This document shows positions 1 through 10,090 of a stretch of DNA of 64,000 bases, piece after piece (position 1 is the first letter of the stretch; each line of letters starts with the position of its first letter). The notes beneath the pieces were generated by a model. That model was given only the letters and a program-made list of their open reading frames with translations. It was not told the DNA's origin and made no database searches. A program made the position numbers and the translations under genes. This DNA comes from Candidatus Omnitrophota bacterium (GTDB taxonomy: Bacteria > Omnitrophota > Gorgyraeia > JAFGHF01). The DNA is taken from assembly GCA_020341815.1 (NCBI GenBank), contig CP070837.1, positions 1,300,575 to 1,364,574 of the forward strand. Reading direction: 5' to 3'.

Positions 1-57
1 GTCTTATACTGGAAGTTTGGTTTAAATAAACCCGGTATATCTACGCAAAAAGTATCT

Positions 58-1173
58 GTGCAAAAGATGAAAAACGGCGAATTTCAGCTTTTAGCGAAGG
101 ATGAGCCTTACTTTGTAAAAGGAGCAGTCTATCATCCTATACCCATAGGGCAAAATCATCAGTACAACTTTTGGAACGATCCTAATCAACCCTGGATAGA
201 AGACGGGCGTCTGATGCATCGGATGGGGGTAAACACAGTGCGTTTTTTTCAACCGGGAGAAGAGGCTAAGGAAACTTGCAGAGTTATTGACCGTTTTTAT
301 CAGCTTTACGGAATCCGCACAATATTGGGCCACTGGATGGACTACTGGAATCCGGGAAATTATGCCGATACCCGCTATCGTGAAGATTTAACCAGACGGG
401 TATTGGAGATGGTCAATACATACAAAGACGAAGAAGGAGTTTTATTGTGGATACTGGGGAACGAAAACAATCTTTCCTGGCATTCCGGAGGGAAGGTTCC
501 CTGGACCTGCCCCGAAGTAGAGCAGATGCAAGACCCTCAGAAAAAAGAACAGGCCAAAGCCAAGATTTATTATTCTCTGGTTAATCAGATTGCCCGCGAG
601 ATTAAAAAGATAGACTCAGAACATCCGGTGGCCTTAGGTAATGCCGATTTCTATAGTCTGGAGGTGGCCGGGGAGGTTTGCCCGGATATCGATTTGATAG
701 CTCTTACTTGCTATCGCGGTAAAACCCTGGGCAATCTCTGGCGGGAAGTAGAGCGAAAGACCGGTAAGCCCGTCTTGGTTATGGAATTCGGTTGCGATAG
801 TTTTAATGCCAAGACAGGCCAGGAAGATCAGGAAATACAGTCTGTCTTCCTGAAAAGTCAATGGCAGGAAATCGAAGCTAATCGGGCCGGCTCAGGCGGT
901 GTGGGAAATGCTTTGGGTGGGTGTGTCTTTGAGTGGAACGATGAATGGTGGAAACACGATGAACATATGGTCTCCAGCTGGTTTGTGCACAATACCGAAG
1001 GCGACTGGTCCGCCGGCGGTTATTATTTCGATATCGCCGCGCCTAATAATATGAATGTCAATGAGGAATGGTGGGGAATTATCGCTTTAAGTCCGGAATT
1101 GGAAAACGGGATAAATAAACGCATTCCAAAGAGAGGGTATTATGAATTACAAGAAATATGGAAGCAGAAGTAA
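58..1173 (+). CDS. Glycoside hydrolase, GH2-like TIM-barrel (clan GH-A); may be truncated at the window's 5' edge
   Basis: KGAVYHPIP, GVNTVR, WILGNE (acid/base Glu), VMEFG (nucleophile Glu) and FEWNDEWWK motifs. The frame is also open upstream of 58. Confidence 0.75.
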   Translation: MQKMKNGEFQLLAKDEPYFVKGAVYHPIPIGQNHQYNFWNDPNQPWIEDGRLMHRMGVNTVRFFQPGEEAKETCRVIDRFYQLYGIRTILGHWMDYWNPGNYADTRYREDLTRRVLEMVNTYKDEEGVLLWILGNENNLSWHSGGKVPWTCPEVEQMQDPQKKEQAKAKIYYSLVNQIAREIKKIDSEHPVALGNADFYSLEVAGEVCPDIDLIALTCYRGKTLGNLWREVERKTGKPVLVMEFGCDSFNAKTGQEDQEIQSVFLKSQWQEIEANRAGSGGVGNALGGCVFEWNDEWWKHDEHMVSSWFVHNTEGDWSAGGYYFDIAAPNNMNVNEEWWGIIALSPELENGINKRIPKRGYYELQEIWKQK

Positions 1174-4100
1174 TTGCATCTGGAGAGTAATAAGATTTAT
1201 CACCATTTGCCTTACTCTTGTATTTCTGTTTAATACTCCGGCTTTTGCCTTGGGCTCAAGCGTGGCGGACTTCTTGTGTGAAATCGCAATAAAGTACTAT
1301 GAGCAGGGTAAATACGAAGACGCCCTGCACGAATTTAAAAAAGCTCTTATGGTTATGCCTCAGCATCCCCAGGCCCTGAAATATATTCAGGTTATTGAGC
1401 AGAAATTGGCTTTACTGAAACCGCAAAGAGAAATTATGCCGCCTGCAGAAGCAATTCAAGCCCTTGAGGTTTCCGAAGAGCTTGAGCGCAAAAAAGCGCT
1501 TAACCGGGCCCTGGATCAGGCAGAGGCATTAATTCTGGTGCCGGAAGCAGAAGCAGGCGAAGAAGAGGTAGAAGAAATAGAAGAATGGCAGATGCCTCAA
1601 GGTCCGCAGCCGGAGATGGAAGAAATATATCCGTCACCGGAAGAGGAAATTTATCCATACACAGCCGATGAAGAATTATATCCCTCGCCGCCAGAGGAAG
1701 CCTATTCCGAGCCGCTTATCGAAATGGCCAGAGCAGAAGACGAAGAACAATTTTATCCCCCCCATCCCGAAGACGAGGCAGAAACATCGATTTTTGTGCC
1801 GGAAGCAGAAGCAGGCGAAGAAGAGATGGAAGAGATAATACCGGAACCAATGGTTAAAAAAGGCGAAGAGGCTCCCGAAGAAACTTATGCGGCGAAGGAA
1901 GTGGAAAAGGAAAAAGATGAAGATACCTCCCCCATTAAAATTAGCGGAGAATTTTTGGTAAGCCTGGGCACTTCGGACAAGGAACTTATCTGGAAAGAGG
2001 CCAACGGCGATTACAATGAGGCCAACTGGCGCAGAATCGATGAGAGTTTTGGGGTTAATACATATGACAGGCGTATTTATGATAGATTACGCGTGAATAT
2101 CGATACGGAAAAGGAAGAAGGACTTAACTTCCATAGTAATATTACTATGGATCCCTGGACTTTTATCGGGAAATCAAATAAGATTAGAGCTACAAGTCTT
2201 GTAGGGGATGAGTCTGCCGAGATCCAGTTGAAATACTGGTCGGGCACAAGGTCGATAATAAATGAATCGGTTGATTTTACTACCGATGTTTTCAATATTC
2301 CCGAAACAAAAGTACTAGACGGGAAAGTTGCGCCTTTTAGGGCCAGAGGAATTGAATTCGCTGCGGATGCGTTTGATGTGGTGAATATTCCGGAACTGGA
2401 GATTCATCAGGATTACTGGCCGGTAAGAGAGTTGTGGTTTGATTATAAAAGTGAAGATAAATTCCATTTCCGCTTCTTTCCCGTTGCCTATCAGGACCAG
2501 GCCTTGAGTTCCGACGACCCCTTGAAGCTTTCCAACCATAGGATTTATTGGGAGGAAAGCCCCTGGCTGGACAGGTGGCAGTCGGGAAGGGTGCACACAG
2601 ACGTTGTGCCTGAGGATTTTACCAGGGGCCAGTGGGAGGATGATCTCTCCTTCTTTACCCGCGACAGCAATATGGTCTATCTGACTTCTCTGCGTGGCTA
2701 TTCTATGAAAAGCAAGCCTTGGGAAAATTTAACCATAGAATCGACAGCAGCCACCCCCAAAGGCCTGTGGCAGGATTACGATGCCGTGGATAATATTGCA
2801 GGGGCGACCAGGATCAAGTTTATACCGCAGGATGATTTACTTCTGGGTTTAATTCATACCTTTAGATATGGCTTGGAAAAGGGCGACCGTGATGCAGAGA
2901 ACAGGGTGGTCGGCGGCGATATTTGTTATAACTTTTTCTCCGACTTTCATGTAAAGGGTGAAGTCGCCCATAGCTGGGATGAACGCGATCTTACCCAGGA
3001 AACTTATGATACGGACAATGAAGGCAATGCCTATAAATTCGAACTTAAAAGAGGAAAGCTCAAGGAAGAAAGGCCGGAGAGATGGGATGAAGAGGCCTAT
3101 GCAAAGGCAGAGCCTTTTGATTACGCGCTGCGCCTTAGTTATACGCGTATGGATGAAGATTTTTATCCCGGCCTGGCCACTTATCGCATTACTCGCCGCG
3201 ACCCCTTCTGGGGAAGGCATATCCATTTTGAACAGCCCTATAGAGAATATTATGGCGGGCTTTATGAGCCCACCCTGACCTGGGACGACATCCGTCCCTT
3301 TCGTATCGGCGATTCCGTAGATATAGATAGAGAGGTGGCGGGCTTGAGACTGGAGAAGGCCTTCTTAGGAGGAGACCTGGAGACGCTCTTTGATTGCCGC
3401 CGGGCCCATGAAGTTTCCGAAGGCAAATATATTGAGACTATCGGCAGGACCGAAGCCGACTGGTATGCCAGCGAAAGACTCTTGATAAAATTTCTGGCCC
3501 TTTATCACGATTTGCCCGATACTACCGGCGGAATAGACCCTATCATTTACGATGTAGACAGCAATAAATTTTTACTTAACGATGAGATAGAGGATGGGGC
3601 AGATCCTTCTTTAAAAACGGTATCCGCGGGATTTCAGTATGGATTTTTTGATTGGCTGTCTTTCGATTGTATTTATGAACGTACCAATGATTTTACCGTG
3701 GCCCTGGATGATTATCCGCGCAGGCTGCTTAGTAACCCGAATTTTACCACTGTTACCGAAGATGGCTTAATCTGGCGGGAACCGGCGCCTTTTCTTTATA
3801 ACAATTATCTTTTTCCTTTGCCGTCTTATCCCTGGTTTAATATCTACAAGGCGGCATTGGAATTGGAGCCTAACGATGATTTGAAATTGAGAGTTGAGTT
3901 TACCAAGAATGATTATAAATTTGCCGGTCAAATAGACGATAATATTAACCATCTGGGCTTTGAGGCAGACTGGGATATTACCGAGAAGCTTTCTCTGCAA
4001 CTTAACTATACATATGCAAGAAGTTATAATCTATGGAAGCAGGTAAACGGGGTAGCCGACGGTGCATTGGAATACGAGAAGCACCACAATGCCTTTGTAA

Positions 4101-4264
4101 ATTTAAATTACAAAATGGATGATAAGGGGATTTTCACCGTGCAGTTCGGGGAAGGGGCGCTTATGCCTTATAGCGCAATGTTTACTACCAGCCCCTATTC
4201 CGGATTTATTCCGACCTTGGATACCGCCCACATCATCCGCGCCTATTTTAGCAGGAAATTTTAA
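1142..4264 (+). CDS. Large exported protein: N-terminal TPR, acidic Pro/Glu linker, probable outer-membrane beta-barrel
   Basis: Signal-like segment (TICLTLVFLFNTPAFA), TPR (YYEQGKYEDALHEFKKAL), amphipathic beta-strand pattern, C-terminal Phe (RAYFSRKF). True start may lie slightly downstream. Confidence 0.6.
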   Translation: MNYKKYGSRSNCIWRVIRFITICLTLVFLFNTPAFALGSSVADFLCEIAIKYYEQGKYEDALHEFKKALMVMPQHPQALKYIQVIEQKLALLKPQREIMPPAEAIQALEVSEELERKKALNRALDQAEALILVPEAEAGEEEVEEIEEWQMPQGPQPEMEEIYPSPEEEIYPYTADEELYPSPPEEAYSEPLIEMARAEDEEQFYPPHPEDEAETSIFVPEAEAGEEEMEEIIPEPMVKKGEEAPEETYAAKEVEKEKDEDTSPIKISGEFLVSLGTSDKELIWKEANGDYNEANWRRIDESFGVNTYDRRIYDRLRVNIDTEKEEGLNFHSNITMDPWTFIGKSNKIRATSLVGDESAEIQLKYWSGTRSIINESVDFTTDVFNIPETKVLDGKVAPFRARGIEFAADAFDVVNIPELEIHQDYWPVRELWFDYKSEDKFHFRFFPVAYQDQALSSDDPLKLSNHRIYWEESPWLDRWQSGRVHTDVVPEDFTRGQWEDDLSFFTRDSNMVYLTSLRGYSMKSKPWENLTIESTAATPKGLWQDYDAVDNIAGATRIKFIPQDDLLLGLIHTFRYGLEKGDRDAENRVVGGDICYNFFSDFHVKGEVAHSWDERDLTQETYDTDNEGNAYKFELKRGKLKEERPERWDEEAYAKAEPFDYALRLSYTRMDEDFYPGLATYRITRRDPFWGRHIHFEQPYREYYGGLYEPTLTWDDIRPFRIGDSVDIDREVAGLRLEKAFLGGDLETLFDCRRAHEVSEGKYIETIGRTEADWYASERLLIKFLALYHDLPDTTGGIDPIIYDVDSNKFLLNDEIEDGADPSLKTVSAGFQYGFFDWLSFDCIYERTNDFTVALDDYPRRLLSNPNFTTVTEDGLIWREPAPFLYNNYLFPLPSYPWFNIYKAALELEPNDDLKLRVEFTKNDYKFAGQIDDNINHLGFEADWDITEKLSLQLNYTYARSYNLWKQVNGVADGALEYEKHHNAFVNLNYKMDDKGIFTVQFGEGALMPYSAMFTTSPYSGFIPTLDTAHIIRAYFSRKF
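1538..1825 (+). repeat. Identical 30-bp direct repeat (1538-1567, 1796-1825; VPEAEAGEEE) bracketing degenerate EEIYP-type repeats
   Basis: GTGCCGGAAGCAGAAGCAGGCGAAGAAGAG occurs twice; EEIYPSPEEEIYPYTADEELYPSPPEEAYS lies between. Confidence 0.85.
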
Positions 4265-4268
4265 AAAA

Positions 4269-6728
4269 ATGAAAGGAGAGAAAGGATTGAAGTACGGACA
4301 TTTTAGCAACGATGGTTTGGAATATGTTGTCACCACGCCAAACACGCCCCGCCCCTGGATTAATTATTTAACTAACGAAGAATATTGTGCCATTGTCTCA
4401 CAGACCGGCGGCGGTTACAGTTTCTTCAAAGACTGCCGTTCGGACAGGCTTACCCGCTGGCTTCCGGAGAACTGGCATTTTGACCGTCCCGGCCGCTATC
4501 TCTATCTCAAAGATGTTCATCCCACCGCAGCCCATGGCTCAAAAGTATGGGCGGCGACATATCAGCCTTTAAGAGTAAAACCGGATTTTTACGAATGCCG
4601 GCACGGATTGGGTTATACGACGATTGCAACGAAATATTTTGGCGTGCGTTCCGAGGTGACTTATTTTGTTCCGCGTCACGACAATTGCGAGCTCTGGCTG
4701 GCCAGGATTACCAATACAACCGATAAGGATAAAACCCTGGAGGTCTTTCCTTATGTAGAGTGGTTGCTCGGCGATTATCATCTGGAGTTACGTTACCGCA
4801 ATATTATGAATTTATACAATCGGGTCTGGTATGAAGCTAAAGATAGAGTTATTCTGGCCAAAAAGACCGCTGCCTGGGGCGATTTGAACATTAAGCCTTT
4901 TACCGATATTGCCTTTTTCGCAACGTCTTTGCCGGTAAAAGGTTATGCCACGCGCAAAAGCATATTTTTGGGCAAGTTCAATACCGAAGAAAATCCCGAA
5001 GGCCTGGTAATGAACGGCCGATTTAAAAATATCGGCTTTTGTTCGGGAGAAGACAGCATTGGTTGTCTGCGTCATACAATAAATCTTGCTCCAGGACAGA
5101 GTAAGGAATTTGCGGTGATTATGGGCCAGGTAGTTTCTCGGCCCAGCGCAAGAAATCTTATCCGGAAGTATCGCCAGGTTTCTAATGCAAAAAAGGAATT
5201 GTCCGAGGTGAAAAAAGTCTGGCGCAGGCGCATCGTTGATAATATCAAGATTGAGACGCCGGATAAGAATCTCGACCTAATAATGAATGTCTGGGTGAAA
5301 TACCAGCTTTATATCTGTAATTTCTGGTCGCGCTCGCCGTCTTTTTATCATGAGGGTTCAGGCGGACGGGGTTATCGCGATTCCTGTCAGGATAGTGAGG
5401 CTATTGTTTCTATTAACCCGGAGCTTACCCGTAAAAGAATCTTAACTTTGGCTTCTTTAATCAGGAAGGACGGCACCAGCGCTCCCGGGTTTTCCGAAGC
5501 GAATAAACCGCAAGGCCATCGGCCCAATAAAGACCATCCGATTTGGCTGACTACGACCGTCTCTGCTTATATTAAAGAGACCGGTGATAAAAAGATACTT
5601 CTGAAGAAATTACCTTATCTCAAAGACCGTTGGATTGACGGTTGGGAGATAGATGCGAACTTTAAAGGCTCTTCCAGATTTGAAGGAAGCGGGACTTTAT
5701 TCGAGCATCTGGAGAGGAACCTGAATTTCACCTTTAATGATGTGGGAAAACGAGGCCTGCCCTTAATCGGCCATGCAGATTGGAACGATGCCATTGACGC
5801 AGCCGGAATAAAGCTGAAAGGCGAAAGCGTCTGGCTGGCTCAGGGCCTGGTGCGCTCTTTAAAGCAGTTAAGCGAACTGGCCTGTCTTATCGGAAAAGAA
5901 AAGAGAGCGAAAGAACTCACCCGTAAAGCCGAAATTATGTCCGAGCGCATCAACAAATATTGCTGGGATGGGGCCTGGTACAAAAGAGGCTTTACCGATA
6001 ACGGCAGTGTATATGGAAGCAGGCAAAACACCGAAGGAAAGATTTATCTGAACAGCCAGTCCTGGGCAATACTTTCCGGTGTGGCCAAGAACGAAAGATT
6101 AAATAAGGTGTTAAGTTCGGTGAATAAATATTTAGACGGGCCGCACGGACTGGCTTTGTTTTATCCGGCTTATTCCAAGTTTGACTCAAGGCTGGGGAGA
6201 ATCAGTATGTTTGCCGAGGGTACAAAGGAAAATGCCGCCGTATTTTGTCATGCGGCAACCTTTATGGCTGTAGCTTATTGCCTGGCAGGCAGAGGTCAAG
6301 AGGCGTATGAGGCGTTAAGGAAGATTATGCCCAGCGCCCAGGCCGATTACGATGTCTATAAGACCGAGCCCTATGCCTATGCCGAATATTTAGTGGGGCC
6401 GGAGCACCCCTATCTTTATGGGGAAGGAGCCTTTACCTGGATTACCGGCACCGCCGGCTGGAACTTTATGGGTGCCTGTGAATATCTTTTAGGTATTCAG
6501 AGGGATTTTTCCGGATTAAGGATTAATCCTTGTATTCCCAAAGACTGGAAGGCATTTAAAATCAGGCGGCCATTTAGAGGCAACGTTTATGAAATAGAAG
6601 TGGAGAATCCGCATCAAGTCTCACGGGGAATAGAAAAGATTTTAGTAGACGGTCGGCCCATAAAAGGCAACCTCGTTCCTGCTTTTGCCGACGCAAAGAC
6701 GCACAAGGTTAAAGTAATAATGGGGTGA
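4269..6728 (+). CDS. GH94 glycoside phosphorylase (cellobiose/chitobiose/laminaribiose phosphorylase family)
   Basis: KYGHFS..EYVVTTPNTPRPWINYL N-terminus, RGYRDSCQD, ADWNDA catalytic Asp, KENAAVFCHA, WITGTAGW. The ORF-track start 4119 overlaps the previous gene; ATG 4269 or TTG 4287 is more plausible. Confidence 0.9.
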   Translation: MKGEKGLKYGHFSNDGLEYVVTTPNTPRPWINYLTNEEYCAIVSQTGGGYSFFKDCRSDRLTRWLPENWHFDRPGRYLYLKDVHPTAAHGSKVWAATYQPLRVKPDFYECRHGLGYTTIATKYFGVRSEVTYFVPRHDNCELWLARITNTTDKDKTLEVFPYVEWLLGDYHLELRYRNIMNLYNRVWYEAKDRVILAKKTAAWGDLNIKPFTDIAFFATSLPVKGYATRKSIFLGKFNTEENPEGLVMNGRFKNIGFCSGEDSIGCLRHTINLAPGQSKEFAVIMGQVVSRPSARNLIRKYRQVSNAKKELSEVKKVWRRRIVDNIKIETPDKNLDLIMNVWVKYQLYICNFWSRSPSFYHEGSGGRGYRDSCQDSEAIVSINPELTRKRILTLASLIRKDGTSAPGFSEANKPQGHRPNKDHPIWLTTTVSAYIKETGDKKILLKKLPYLKDRWIDGWEIDANFKGSSRFEGSGTLFEHLERNLNFTFNDVGKRGLPLIGHADWNDAIDAAGIKLKGESVWLAQGLVRSLKQLSELACLIGKEKRAKELTRKAEIMSERINKYCWDGAWYKRGFTDNGSVYGSRQNTEGKIYLNSQSWAILSGVAKNERLNKVLSSVNKYLDGPHGLALFYPAYSKFDSRLGRISMFAEGTKENAAVFCHAATFMAVAYCLAGRGQEAYEALRKIMPSAQADYDVYKTEPYAYAEYLVGPEHPYLYGEGAFTWITGTAGWNFMGACEYLLGIQRDFSGLRINPCIPKDWKAFKIRRPFRGNVYEIEVENPHQVSRGIEKILVDGRPIKGNLVPAFADAKTHKVKVIMG

Positions 6729-8128
6729 AAATGGAAAGAAGAGAGTCTATCCGTTTGGAAAAGACTCTGCCGGTAAAGTTTGACTTACCTGACGTACCCG
6801 CAACTGGCAGCGTTAATGCCTTAGCCAGAAATATCGCCGAGGGCGGAATATTTATTGAAACCGACCTTGTCCAGGATGAAGAAATCAGTTTAGTTAGAGA
6901 GTCGCCTTTAAATTTGGAGTTTGAGCTTTTAGGCCATATACAAAGAATAAAGCCGAAGGCGAGAATCGCCTGGATAAGCAGGAAATCCGCTACCCAAAAG
7001 GAAAGGAACGGCTTTGGCGTAAGATTTATTCAGCTGGGACCCAGAGAAAAAAGGATAATTTCATTATTTATCTCGAGAGAATCGCTGGCGAAAGACGAGC
7101 TTGTAGAAAAAGAAACACCCGTTATATCGGGAGAGCAAAAGTTAACCGACAGACAGCGCAGAAACTTAAAGATTCTGGATGTCATCAGAAAAAACAGGCT
7201 GATTTCGCGGGCTGAAATCTCCAAGAGCACCGGCATAAATATAGTTACGGTCTCTAATTATATTGACACCTATCTTAAAAAGGGCCTGGTTTTTGAAAGA
7301 GGCCTGGACATCTCAACAGGAGGCAGGCGTCCGGAACTGGTGGAGATAAATCCCGACTATGGATATGCCATCGGGGTAGATTTAGGCCCTTTAAGTGAAA
7401 GCCCTGCCCGGATAGCGGTAGCGGCCGTTGATTTTACCGGCCGCGTGAAGGCGAGCGCCTTGAGAGAAAGAGGCAGCGACAATATTGAAGATTCCGTGGT
7501 TGTCTCCAAGGACTTGATTAAAGAGATATTGGCAAATGACGCGCTTGATAAAAGACGGGTCAGGGGAATTGGCCTGGGTATTTCCGGAATAATGGATAAG
7601 TTCGGCGGTACCGTGCGCAATCCTTCTACAAAGGTTACCTACGCCAATTACCTGGCGATTAAAAAAGAATTAGAGGATGAGTTCGGTCTTCCGGTATTTA
7701 TTGAAAATGCCACCAGTTGTGCCTTGTTCGCCGAGAAATGGGTGGGCTTAAGCCCGGAGGCGAGAGCGGCCGATAATATTATTTATATCTTTTCGGAGCA
7801 TCAATGCGCAATTATGCTTAAGGGCGAGCTCTATACAGGGACCAGTAAAAGCGCTGGACTCTTAAATCTTGTCCAGGACCTGGGGATATCTCTGGATGTC
7901 AAGATTGCCTATCTGGTAAATATTTTTAATCCCCAGGTGGTCGTAATAGGCAGGAACTTTTTCCAGTCGCCGGATGCGTTTTCAGACACTATTCGCCGGA
8001 CAGTCAGCCGCTGGGCCTTTCGGGAAGGGGCGCAACAGGTGCGGATTATTCCTGCTACTTTGGAGGAGACAGCCACGGCCCGGGGAGCGGCCTCTTTAGT
8101 AATCGAGGCTGCTTTTGCGAATATATAA
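6725..8128 (+). CDS. PilZ-domain / winged-HTH / ROK-family transcriptional regulator fusion
   Basis: ERRESIR (RxxxR), NIAEGG and GFGVRFIQL give a PilZ domain. ISRAEISKSTGINIVTVS HTH, TGGRRP, GVDLG, GIGLGISG and PVFIEN fit the ROK (NagC/XylR) fold. Confidence 0.8.
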   Translation: MKMERRESIRLEKTLPVKFDLPDVPATGSVNALARNIAEGGIFIETDLVQDEEISLVRESPLNLEFELLGHIQRIKPKARIAWISRKSATQKERNGFGVRFIQLGPREKRIISLFISRESLAKDELVEKETPVISGEQKLTDRQRRNLKILDVIRKNRLISRAEISKSTGINIVTVSNYIDTYLKKGLVFERGLDISTGGRRPELVEINPDYGYAIGVDLGPLSESPARIAVAAVDFTGRVKASALRERGSDNIEDSVVVSKDLIKEILANDALDKRRVRGIGLGISGIMDKFGGTVRNPSTKVTYANYLAIKKELEDEFGLPVFIENATSCALFAEKWVGLSPEARAADNIIYIFSEHQCAIMLKGELYTGTSKSAGLLNLVQDLGISLDVKIAYLVNIFNPQVVVIGRNFFQSPDAFSDTIRRTVSRWAFREGAQQVRIIPATLEETATARGAASLVIEAAFANI

Positions 8129-8294
8129 GTAAGGCCACGACTTAGTGAATGATAATGAAACTAAGTCGTCTGGCCGAACTTATCCCGATAGCTGCAAGAA
8201 AATTTATTCTAAATTTTCGCAGTGTTTTGCTATCGGGATTAATTCACACTTATCACTTACGTCACTATTGTTCCGTAAGTGATGTGCTCATTAA
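8125..8294. repeat. Three abutting palindromic units (composite hairpin array, locus 1)
   Basis: Stems: ACGACTTAGT/ACTAAGTCGT (8137-8146/8160-8169); ATCCCGATAGC/GCTATCGGGAT (8182-8192/8229-8239); ATCACTTACG/CGTAAGTGAT inside TTAATTCACAC...GTGCTCATTAA (8239-8294). Confidence 0.8.
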
Positions 8295-8305
8295 AAGGTG
8301 GGGGG

Positions 8306-9481
8306 ATGGATAAAAAGATTAAACTCCTTTTGGTTGTTTTGGGGTTGATTTCTCTGTTGGGGGCGGGTCTTTCGGCGTGGATTTATTTTTCCGCCCAGGA
8401 AGAAATTATCAGATACGAGGATAAGTATAGCGAATTAGAAAAGAATAATGCATATCTTCGCCAGGGATTGGATGTTGCCGAGAAGGAAAGCCGCCAGTGG
8501 CGGGAAAAGGCGGAGCTTGTAACTGCCACTCTCAATGAATTGAGCCAGAAGTTTAATCTCCTGCAGCAGCAGTATGTATCTTTGAATAAAGAGAAGGATT
8601 CGCTATTCGATGAAAATAAAAGCCTTCTTGAGCAATTGGAGAAAATGAAAGGATTTTATTCCAAAGTTCAGGAGGAAAGGTTAGAAATAATAGAAAAAGT
8701 AGAAGTAGATGCTTCGGATGAATTCTTATCTTCTCTCTTAAAGGAAAAGGCGGCCCTGCAGGTAGAAATAGAAAAGTTAAGAGGGCAGATTGAGAGCGTA
8801 AAGAAGCAAATACGGCCTTCGCAGAATGAATTTGTCAAACTGGAACTAGAAAAAGGCTCGGTGGAGAAAAAATTAAGCGATATGGAGCGTGCCTCAGGCC
8901 TCTTAAGCAGTGATCTTTTGCAGGAGAGAAAAAAGAGGAGTTCTTTAGAGGAGGAGTTAGTCAGAACCGAAGGCCGGCTTTACCGCATAACCCAGGAAAA
9001 AGATAAGCTCGCCGAGCAACTTACCAAGATGAAGCAGGCCCTGGAGAAGAGGCTTCTTGAGTTAAGCGATACGAAGAAGGTGTTGGAAAGCGCGGTCGAG
9101 GGGGCAAAGAAGGCGATGCAGAAGACAGATGCAGGTATCGGCTCCATTGAATTGTCGCCCATTGTGGTAAAGGCAGAGCCGCCGAAAAAAGAGGCGCAGG
9201 AAATTGCGCCGCCGGCGAAAGAACCGCCGAAAAAAGAGGTGCAAGAGAAGCACTTCACGATAGAAGGCCGCATTATTACGATTAACGACAAACATAAGTT
9301 TGTGGTAATTGATATAGGCCGGGATGCCGGCGTGGAAAAGAAAATGCCTTTTAGTGTCTATCGCCAGGATAAAGAAGTAGGAAAAATAGAAGTAATTGAG
9401 GCGCGCAAAAATATCGCTGCCTGCGATATTAAAGAGATGAAGGTCAAGAATTTCGAAATTAACGACAGCGTACGCAGATGA
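8306..9481 (+). CDS. Membrane-anchored coiled-coil protein with a small C-terminal beta domain
   Basis: N-terminal TM helix, long heptad region, C-terminal GRIITINDKHKFVVIDIG..GV. ATG 8306 follows a G-rich SD. Confidence 0.65.
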   Translation: MDKKIKLLLVVLGLISLLGAGLSAWIYFSAQEEIIRYEDKYSELEKNNAYLRQGLDVAEKESRQWREKAELVTATLNELSQKFNLLQQQYVSLNKEKDSLFDENKSLLEQLEKMKGFYSKVQEERLEIIEKVEVDASDEFLSSLLKEKAALQVEIEKLRGQIESVKKQIRPSQNEFVKLELEKGSVEKKLSDMERASGLLSSDLLQERKKRSSLEEELVRTEGRLYRITQEKDKLAEQLTKMKQALEKRLLELSDTKKVLESAVEGAKKAMQKTDAGIGSIELSPIVVKAEPPKKEAQEIAPPAKEPPKKEVQEKHFTIEGRIITINDKHKFVVIDIGRDAGVEKKMPFSVYRQDKEVGKIEVIEARKNIAACDIKEMKVKNFEINDSVRR

Positions 9482-9978
9482 GAAAGATAATAATTTATTT
9501 TTTGATTTCTGCAGCTTCTCTTGTCTTGCCGGCGAAAGAGACAGGGGCCGAAGAAGATAAGTACGCGCAGGTTATGCGCGAGATGGCTAAAATCCATTAT
9601 ACTCGCGCAAGGAGTTATTATCGTAATGCAGAATACATAAAGGCAAAGATAGAATTAAGAGAGGTTTTAAGACTCGCCCCCGGCCATCAGGGTGCCCTAT
9701 GGTATCTCGATTGCGTAGAAAGAGCCTTGGATAGTCAGAAAGAGGCCTGCGGAAGCCGCCAGGCGAAATTAGCGAAATTAGAAAGAGAAGACAGGCTCAG
9801 TGAGGTGCAGGTGGCATTAAGCGCAGCCCAAGAGATAGAAGTGGATGAGCGCGACGCCGAAAGGGACGAGATAATAAACGAACTTTACAGGAAAGGCAAG
9901 GACTATTTTTCCCGCGGCCTTTACGCGAAAGCCATTGCCTGTTTTGAAAAGGTAATAAAATTAGCAGGAAAATATTGA
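9478..9978 (+). CDS. Exported TPR protein
   Basis: Signal peptide and two TPR-like segments (YRNAEYIKAKIELREVL; YFSRGLYAKAIACFEKV). Confidence 0.65.
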   Translation: MRKIIIYFLISAASLVLPAKETGAEEDKYAQVMREMAKIHYTRARSYYRNAEYIKAKIELREVLRLAPGHQGALWYLDCVERALDSQKEACGSRQAKLAKLEREDRLSEVQVALSAAQEIEVDERDAERDEIINELYRKGKDYFSRGLYAKAIACFEKVIKLAGKY

Positions 9979-9984
9979 GATGAA

Positions 9985-10090
9985 CCCCGCTCTTCCAAAA
10001 CATCACGCCTTGCATAAAAGATATGGGTGAAGGCGGTAGGAGGAAGGATGGGGATAAGGGTTTGGCATTACAAAGAAAGGAAGGGCGGGG
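9985..10090 (+). mobile_element. CCCCGC-TIR miniature element copy 1 (106 bp), inside the bioY start codon
   Basis: aTGAA[CCCCGCTCTTCC...GGAAGGGCGGGG]TGAAggcc; TGAA at 9981-9984 and 10091-10094. Confidence 0.85.

Noticed and set aside
4119-4268. Extended ORF-track N-termini (GH94; also 8279, 19600, 41494, 62368)
   Set aside because: They overlap upstream genes or repeats; downstream starts fit family N-termini and SD positions better.
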